Source: Octopus vulgaris
Taxonomy: Eukaryota
Reading direction: 5' to 3'
Assembly: GCA_951406725.2 (NCBI GenBank)
Contig: OX597830.1
Span: 8,680,001 to 8,744,000, forward strand
Length of the DNA stretch: 64,000 nucleotides
The notes under the pieces were generated by a model, which had not been told where the DNA came from, did no database searches, and was given only the letters and a program-made list of their open reading frames with translations. Each line of letters opens with the position of its first letter. Position 1 is the first letter of the stretch. Made by a program: the position numbers and the translations under genes. Shown here piece by piece: positions 56,187-64,000 of this stretch.

Positions 56187-56260
56187 GGCTCCGATGAAGG
56201 TGATGCTCAAGAACTCAACTAGGAGTCCACTGCACCTGAATGCCGAAACAACTGTAAGCC
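56187..56260 (+). ncRNA. Degenerate type I hammerhead motif
   Basis: ggct CCGATGA agg...gcc GAAA caactg ta agcc; stem I ggct/agcc; island flanked by TA repeats. Confidence 0.55.
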
Positions 56261-56310
56261 GATGAAGCTCATAAAATAATTGTCTATACCATTGTCATCT
56301 CAATTTCTTT

Positions 56311-56341
<31 letters not shown>

Positions 56342-56482
56342 GGATTTATACATATGTAAATATATTACGCATGCATATATGAGTGTTTATATCATCCTGA
56401 TTAACATATGCATGGCGTACTTATGCCGATATATAGATCTGTAAATATACATCAACATATATCTGTAAATACAGCTCACCAG

Positions 56483-56516
<34 letters not shown>

Positions 56517-56539
56517 CCACCAATATATATGTATATATA

Positions 56540-56766
56540 TCGTTGCTATTATGCAAAAGTGTCGTAAGTCCAAAACGTTGCTTTTTTTCGGAAAATGAAA
56601 AAATAATTTCACTATTTCATAGCAAAACCGTTGTACTACACTTTGACAAGTTTTGATATCTTGGCATCTGAATACGATAGTTTGACCCAAAAAACCCGGC
56701 TATTGAATATAAATATTCAAAAACAAACGCATTTGGACATGCGACACTTTAACATAATAGCAACGA
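56540..56766. mobile_element. MITE with ~40-bp TIRs in TA context
   Basis: tcgttgctattatgcaaaagtgtcgtaagtccaaa pairs with tttggacatgcgacactttaacataatagcaacga. Confidence 0.8.
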
Positions 56767-56804
56767 TATAACGGTATATAAATATAAATATATATATATA
56801 TATC

Positions 56805-57102
56805 ACAGTATTGACCAGATTATCGGATGTTGTATTATACCGCTGGTCACAATGCGCATAGCATCGTTTGTAGTTTTCAAATGATAGCACACTATTGGCA
56901 AGGCGAGCAGGCCAACATTCTCCTAAACCCTGGTTGGAAGGCTATTTCATCATAGGGTTACCCATTTGCAGCTGAGCCGACTGGTGTAGTGTGAAATGAA
57001 GTGTTCTGCTGAAGAACACAACACGCCGCCTGCTTCAGGAATGGAACCCACGATTTACCGACCGTGGGTACAAAACCCTAAACACTAGGCCACGCATCTT
57101 CA
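56805..57102 (-). mobile_element. Diverged SINE, H2-like head + tail T1
   Basis: Minus head gaagatgcgtggcctagtg...tgtgttcttcagcagaacac; tail cgctggtcacaatgcg...gcgagcaggccaaca as at 1130-1204. Confidence 0.7.
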
Positions 57103-57179
57103 CACACACACGTACACACACATGCACACACACACACACGTGTGTGTGTATACCCTCTTTTATTTTCTTTTAACTAGGT

Positions 57180-58028
57180 GCAGCTCCAGGGCTGTGGCCA
57201 TGCTGGGGCATCACCAACTGGTGTTGCCACACCATTAATCTTCGTTTAATAGTTGCTGTCCTCATTCCTACTTCCTGCCAAGAAGTTGGCTCATTTGGGA
57301 CTCTTGACCGTAGGAGATCCTGTTTACTCTTGAAGACATCGCCATTCACACCATGTAAGTCTCTCAGTTACTTTGGGAGTCCTTGGATCACAGACAATCC
57401 TAGTATCTTTGATGGTAGGGATGGGATTTTGGGTGATATGCAATACCGCTCTCTTCTGACGTTTACTCTTTTACCTGTTTCAGTCATTTGACTGCGGCCA
57501 TGCTGGAGCACTGCCTTTAGTCGAGCAACTCGACCCCGGGACTTATTCTTTGTAAGGCCAGTACTCGACCCCGGGACTTATTCTTTGTAAGGCCAGTACT
57601 TATTCTATCGGTCTCTTTTGCCGAACCGCTAAGTGACGGGGACGTAAACACACCAGCATCGGTTGTCAAGCAATGCTACAAACACAAACACACAAACATA
57701 CACACATACATATATATATATACATATATACGACAGGCTTCTTTCATTTTCCGTCTACTAAATCCACTCACAAGGCATTGGTCGGCCCGAGGCTATAGCA
57801 GAAGACACTTGCCCAAGATGCCACGCAGTGGGACTGAACCCGGAACCATGTGGTTGGTTAGCAAGCTACTTACCACACAGCCACTCCTGCGCCTAAGTTT
57901 CAACGACAAAGTTTGGGACAAGTCCTTCCAGCAATTTCCATATGGATAGTGCAGCATATTTTCCCTGCCTTCGTTCCTGGGAGTAAAGTCTTAACATTTT
58001 GAGTCACTCCCAGTTGCTAATTTGCGGA
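57180..58028 (-). mobile_element. CR1-type LINE 3' end interrupted by a SINE
   Basis: Minus translation WE*LKMLRLYSQERRQGKYAALSIWKLLEGLVPNF then, after the SINE, LPK*LRDLHGVNGDVFKSKQDLLRSRVPNEP; tail ggtgatgccccagcatggccacagcc. Confidence 0.8.
57462..57893 (-). mobile_element. Full-length SINE family C with a 35-bp internal tandem duplication
   Basis: ctcgaccccgggacttattctttgtaaggccagta occurs twice (57529-57598). Confidence 0.9.
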
Positions 58029-58823
58029 ATTGAGACTATCTTTGTAATATGTGTGTGTGTGTATGTGTGTATGTGCGTGCGTGCGTGCGTGCGTGTGTGT
58101 GTGTGTATGTATGTATATATGTGTGTGTACATATATATATGTATATATAAATACGTTAATTTGCATTGAAGGAAGGGCTTCGAAACGCGGAGTAGATGAA
58201 ACAGGGACAACTGAAGAAGGGGAATATTCTTTATGTTGTATGTCGCATTTTTCTGTTTGTTTGTTTTTTTCCGTTGTTCGAAAAAAGTTCGTTTCTATGT
58301 TTTCGTTTCTCATTGTGTTCAACGTTTTTTGTAGGTATGTACATATATGTTTGTATATATGCATATATTTATATATTATTTATATTGTTATATGATCGAA
58401 CGCCACGCATCCTTTTCCAATATATATATATATATATATATCTATATATATATATATAGATAGATAGATAGATAGATAGATATATAGATATATATATATA
58501 TACCGCTAAATAAAGTACAACAATGTTAAAATATTGGGGTAGAGAATGACGATAGGAATTATATTAATAGTAGTTTTCAAAGTACGGGAAGTAATGAAAT
58601 TACATGCAAGCATATATACACACCACACTACATACATACAAACATTCATTCATACATACATACATGCATACATACAAACAAACATACATACATACATATA
58701 TATATACATACATACATACACACATACATACATATATACAAACATTCATTCATACATACATACATGCATACATACATGCATACATACATACATACATACA
58801 TGCATGCATATATACATACATAT

Positions 58824-59065
58824 AGGGAGAGTTTACGAAAAAAAAACAAAAGACGAAGACAGGTGGTGTACAAAACAAACAGATGTATTAGTATAGCGCT
58901 CATGAATAGAAAAAGTCTTTTACGTTTCGAGCCTACGCTCTTCAGCAGAAAGGGACACAGAAAAAACAAGGAGAGAAACAAATGTGTGTAGTGGCTAACG
59001 ATCTATCATGGCGACTAGTGCCGGACAGAAGGGTCAAACACAGGAAGGAAAGTAGGGGAGAAAAC
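58824..59065 (-). mobile_element. P1 island with hammerhead-like motif at 58916-58952
   Basis: Minus strand cttt CTGCTGA a gagc gtag gctc GAAA cg ta aaag. Confidence 0.65.
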
Positions 59066-59184
59066 ATACATACATATATACATACATACATACATACATA
59101 CATACATACATACATACATACATACATACATACATACATACATACATACATACATACATGCATACATACATATATACATACATA

Positions 59185-59235
<51 letters not shown>

Positions 59236-59251
59236 ATAGATAGATAGATAC

Positions 59252-59620
59252 TCTTTTACTTTTGTTTCAGTCATTTCACTGCGGCCATGCTGGAGCACCG
59301 CCTTTAGTCGAGCAAATCGACACCAGGACTTATTCTTTGTAAGCCTAGTACTTATTCTATCGATCACTTTTGCCGAACCGCTAAGTTACGGGGACGTAAA
59401 CACACCAGCATCGGTTGTCAAGCGAAGTTGGTGGGGATAATCACAGACACACAAACATATATACACACACACATACATATATATATACGCGACGGGCTTC
59501 TTTCAGTTTCCGTCTACCAAATCCACTCACAAGGCTTTGGTCACACTTGCCTAAGGTGCCACGCAGTGGGACTGAACCCGGATTGATGTGGTTCGTAAGC
59601 AAGCTACTTACCACACAGTC
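59252..59620 (-). mobile_element. SINE family C
   Basis: Matches 8811-9186 with a short internal deletion. Confidence 0.9.
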
Positions 59621-59717
59621 ACAAAAACCTACTTGGAAATAGATGCGTGGCGTTCAATCACATGCATGTTTGTATTATGCAGTTATCAATATAATATATG
59701 TATGTATATATATATGT

Positions 59718-59933
59718 GGAGGCGCGTGGCTTAGTGTCAGCATCATGATCGTAAGATTGTGGTTTCGATCCCTGAACCGGGCGACGCGTTTTGTTCTTGA
59801 GCAAAACACTTCATTTCCCGTTGCTCCAGTCCACTCAGCTGGCAAAAATAAGGAACGCTGCGATGGACTGGCGTCCCATCCAGCTGGGGAACACATACGC
59901 CATAGAAACCGACTAGGTTTTAAAAGGGCGCAT
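59718..59933 (+). mobile_element. SINE head H2 + tail T3
   Basis: ggaggcgcgtggcttagtg...ccactcagctggcaaaaa then aacgctgcgatggactggcgtccc...aaaagggcgcat. Confidence 0.8.
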
Positions 59934-59938
59934 TTATT

Positions 59939-59968
<30 letters not shown>

Positions 59969-59969
<1 letters not shown>

Positions 59970-60387
59970 GGTGTCAAGGGTATATACTTATATATATATG
60001 TATAATCATATATATATGAATATATATATACACTCATATACATGTACGAATATATATACACGCATATATCTATACACATATATAAATACATGCGTATATA
60101 TACATATATACATGTATGTATATATATATATATATACATGTATGTATATATACATATATGTATATATACATATATACATGTATGTATATGTATATATATA
60201 TATATATATATACATATATGTATATATACATATATGTATATACACATATATGTATATACACATATATGTATATACACATATATGTATACACACATATGTG
60301 TATATATACGTATATGTATATATATAAATATATGTACGCATATACACATATATGTATATATATATGTATATATATATGTATATATAA

Positions 60388-60459
<72 letters not shown>

Positions 60460-60641
60460 CATACATAATATTAATTAGAGACAAAACCACTATTATGCAA
60501 ATCAAACAAAGGAAGACTTAATCCAATACATAAAAATTTTTATATAAATTAACTAAAATTAAGTTATCCACTACAATTGTTTCCTGTCACTTCTAAAGAC
60601 ATTCATCAGGTGGTTTCAAGACCTTCTATTCAATTTTAAAT

Positions 60642-60675
<34 letters not shown>

Positions 60676-60747
60676 CATATATGTGTATATGCGTACTTAT
60701 ATTTATATATATACATATATGTATATATACCTATATGTGTATATACA

Positions 60748-60787
<40 letters not shown>

Positions 60788-60933
60788 CATGTATATATGT
60801 ATATATACGCATGTATGTATATATGCGTATACATATATGCGTGTATATATATTCATATATGTATATGAGTGTATATATATTCATATATATATGATTATAC
60901 ATATATATATATAAGTATATATCCTTGACACCT
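59969..60933. repeat. Inverted duplication of microsatellite-rich arms around a hammerhead island
   Basis: aggtgtcaagg...gtataatcata...cactcata at 59969 pairs with tatgagtg...tatgattatac...ccttgacacct ending ~60932. Confidence 0.8.
60568..60613 (-). ncRNA. Type I hammerhead ribozyme motif with canonical core
   Basis: Minus strand: ccac CTGATGA a tgtc tttagaagt gaca g GAAA caattg ta gtgg; stem I ccac/gtgg, stem II tgtc/gaca, palindromic CAATTG stem III, GUA triplet. Confidence 0.75.
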
Positions 60934-61163
60934 ACAAGATTACAATTTCGATTTCTTTCTCGATTTGATGGATATATATATAAATACAAATCCACATGTA
61001 TGCATGCATACATACACACATATATATACACATGTGTGTATATATATACACACGCATACACACATATATATATGAATGCATATATACATATGTTCATGTA
61101 TATATATGTATACATACATACATACATACATATATACATACATACATACATATACATTTATAT

Positions 61164-61221
<58 letters not shown>

Positions 61222-61332
61222 ATTTGAAGATTCAGGTGAAAGCGGTTTTTTTGTAAGGTAATCATTCGTCAGGTAAAAAATTTGTTGGAAACAGCTGTAA
61301 TGAATTGACACCTATCCATCATTTGTTATCTA

Positions 61333-61386
<54 letters not shown>

Positions 61387-61456
61387 GTGTATAGAAATTT
61401 ATATGAATATATACACATAACATATATATATATACATACATATATGATATACTGCC

Positions 61457-61497
<41 letters not shown>

Positions 61498-61795
61498 ATG
61501 TGTATAGAAATTTATATAGACATATACACATAACGTATATATATATACATATATATATGATATATATGTCTATATATATATATATCCATAGATATGCCAC
61601 TTTCTCTCTCCCTATCGACTCATGAAAACATAGACACACATTTTGGATATGTATTTATTCAATAGACCTTATATCAAGAGTATTATTTGACATTAACTTA
61701 TACATAAAGCTTTGTTTGTTTATAAATGTATATGTATACACATTCCTAAACAGTCATAGGCAATTGTTCCTCTCTCTCTCTCTGTATTTATCAGG

Positions 61796-61832
<37 letters not shown>

Positions 61833-62153
61833 AAATGGGACAAGAACGCAAAATATTCAAATAGACGATAAAAAAAAACACGGACGGGTCATTTGAAGCC
61901 TCTAATCTTCAGTCGAGAACCGGATCATCCTCGCAATTTCGGCTCATATATATATATATATATACACACATACATAGAATCGTATATATAAACACGTATA
62001 TACATATATCCACATATATATATATAAATATATACATATATATATACATATATATATATATACATACATACATATATATATATACATATATATACATACA
62101 TACATATGTATATATACACATACATATATATATATATACATATACATGGATAT

Positions 62154-62200
<47 letters not shown>

Positions 62201-62250
62201 CACACACAGATATATACATACATATATATATATACATATATATATATATC

Positions 62251-62281
<31 letters not shown>

Positions 62282-62304
62282 CATTTATATATATACATAC
62301 ATAT

Positions 62305-62453
62305 AATAAATATTAGGGAATAAATCCAAATTTACAGGGAAAAATCAGATTTAGGATTGAATCCAATTAATTATAGTAAAATATTATATAATATTAATTA
62401 GAGACAAAACCACTATTATGCAAATCAAACATAATAGTTGTTTTTGTCTCTAA

Positions 62454-62462
<9 letters not shown>
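62305..62462. repeat. TA-embedded island ending in a fold-back; same family as 60466-60640
   Basis: ataatattaattagagacaaaaccactattatg pairs with cataatagttgtttttgtctctaattaatattat. Confidence 0.8.
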
Positions 62463-62493
<31 letters not shown>

Positions 62494-63165
62494 TCTGCCA
62501 TTGTATTTCACATAGATTTGCTTATCGTATATTCATATACATACATATATATGTATATACACACCTGTACATTGTAGTGTAATAATATTTTTGTTATTGT
62601 AGACAACATGCATATATGTATGCATATAATAGCATATAATATACTGTTATTATATACATACATACACACAAATGTCATAGCACATGTGTATATACAAATA
62701 TACACTTACGTATGCATATATTCACACACATGTGTGTGTGTATATATATATGTGTGTGTATGTATATATATATATATATAATGTATATGCATATATATGT
62801 TACGTAAGTTGCTTTATGTAAGTATGTATATGTATCTGCGTATATACATTCACACATACACATATATACATGTGTGTGTGTGTGTGCGTTTATATATATG
62901 TATACAAATATATGTCCTTTTGTGCATGTATACGGCTGTTTTTTCATCTATATGTTTATATATACATACATTTATATTTATGTACACAGACATACCGGCA
63001 CACTCACACAGACAGACAGACGGATACACACACACACGCATACACACACACACACACACACACTCACACACATACACATACATACATGTACAAACAGCGT
63101 GAGTTGCCGCGATAGTAAGAACTCATTATATTACTATGTAATATAATGTGTGTGTGTGTGTGTGT

Positions 63166-63197
<32 letters not shown>

Positions 63198-63273
63198 AGT
63201 TTTTGTGGGTGCCTGTGCTTGTGCTTGTATAGACGTTTCTATGAGTGTACATTTACACAAGTTATTCAGTTTA

Positions 63274-63316
<43 letters not shown>

Positions 63317-63405
63317 TATGCACACACATACACATATATAGTGAGAGAGAGGAAGATAGACAAGTACATAAAGAAATAGATAGATAGATAGGTAGATAGA
63401 TAGAC

Positions 63406-63440
<35 letters not shown>

Positions 63441-63441
63441 C

Positions 63442-63478
<37 letters not shown>

Positions 63479-64000
63479 TTACATTTTAATTTTGGGGGCA
63501 ATTTTTCATCAGTTCTAGAGATTGAAATAATTACATTACTTGTTTTTGCTGTTGTTGTGGCAGTATCCTGTATGTTGGATATATATATGGTCCTTTTTGC
63601 CCAAGGAGAGCGGTAATGTTTGCATTGATCAATTAAATGCAGCCTCTTGAAACGGCCGTAATGCACTAATACGTGGACATCCTTGTTACTTATTTGCTTC
63701 TGATATATATATATAAATATATGACATGCATGTATGTAAGTATGTATTTGCATGTGCATGTATGCATATAATGCATACATGTGGTTATATATGCGTTTAG
63801 CCCAAAACGGAGACGAACACTAATCCTCCATATGATCCTCTTGAAAAATTACTAAGGTATTCAGATATTTTCTTAACATGAAACCAATGGTAGCCTTAAT
63901 ATACAAATAAAGAGATTCTAACCACCAATGCGGCGTTAAACACTCATCCTCATTGTTCGAAATTTACGTGTATATATATGTGTGTGTGTGTACATATGTA

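Noticed and set aside
58175-58225. Possible type II hammerhead (GAAA before CTGAAGA); similar case at 61898-61946 minus
   Set aside because: Boxes are present but I could not pair stems I and III convincingly.
63595-63666. Hammerhead remnants gaaacggccgta here and gaaacagctg at 20925-20965 minus
   Set aside because: Only the GAAA plus palindrome half survives; the CTGANGA box is too degenerate.

Overview
Repeat-saturated, non-genic animal DNA. The SINE set, the 5S sequence and the extreme (TA)/(CA)/(ATAC)/(GGT) microsatellite load suggest an octopod cephalopod, probably Octopus (inference, no search run). I find no intact protein-coding gene; nearly all listed ORFs are microsatellite read-throughs or transposon debris. 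Contents: a 5S rRNA copy fused to a CR1-type LINE tail; several tRNA-headed SINE families with exchangeable heads and tails, including a head-to-tail SINE array; decayed Penelope-like (GIY-YIG), CR1, R4/Dong (RLE), mariner, pogo-like and Helitron/Helentron elements; and a ~14 kb duplication whose ends coincide exactly with a 100-N gap (probably two haplotypes placed in tandem). The most striking signal is about ten short, sequence-diverse islands in or beside TA-rich microsatellites that carry minimal type I hammerhead-ribozyme folds, often inside fold-back inverted repeats, consistent with Penelope pLTR or retrozyme-like elements. Coordinates were read by eye, so element ends are approximate.
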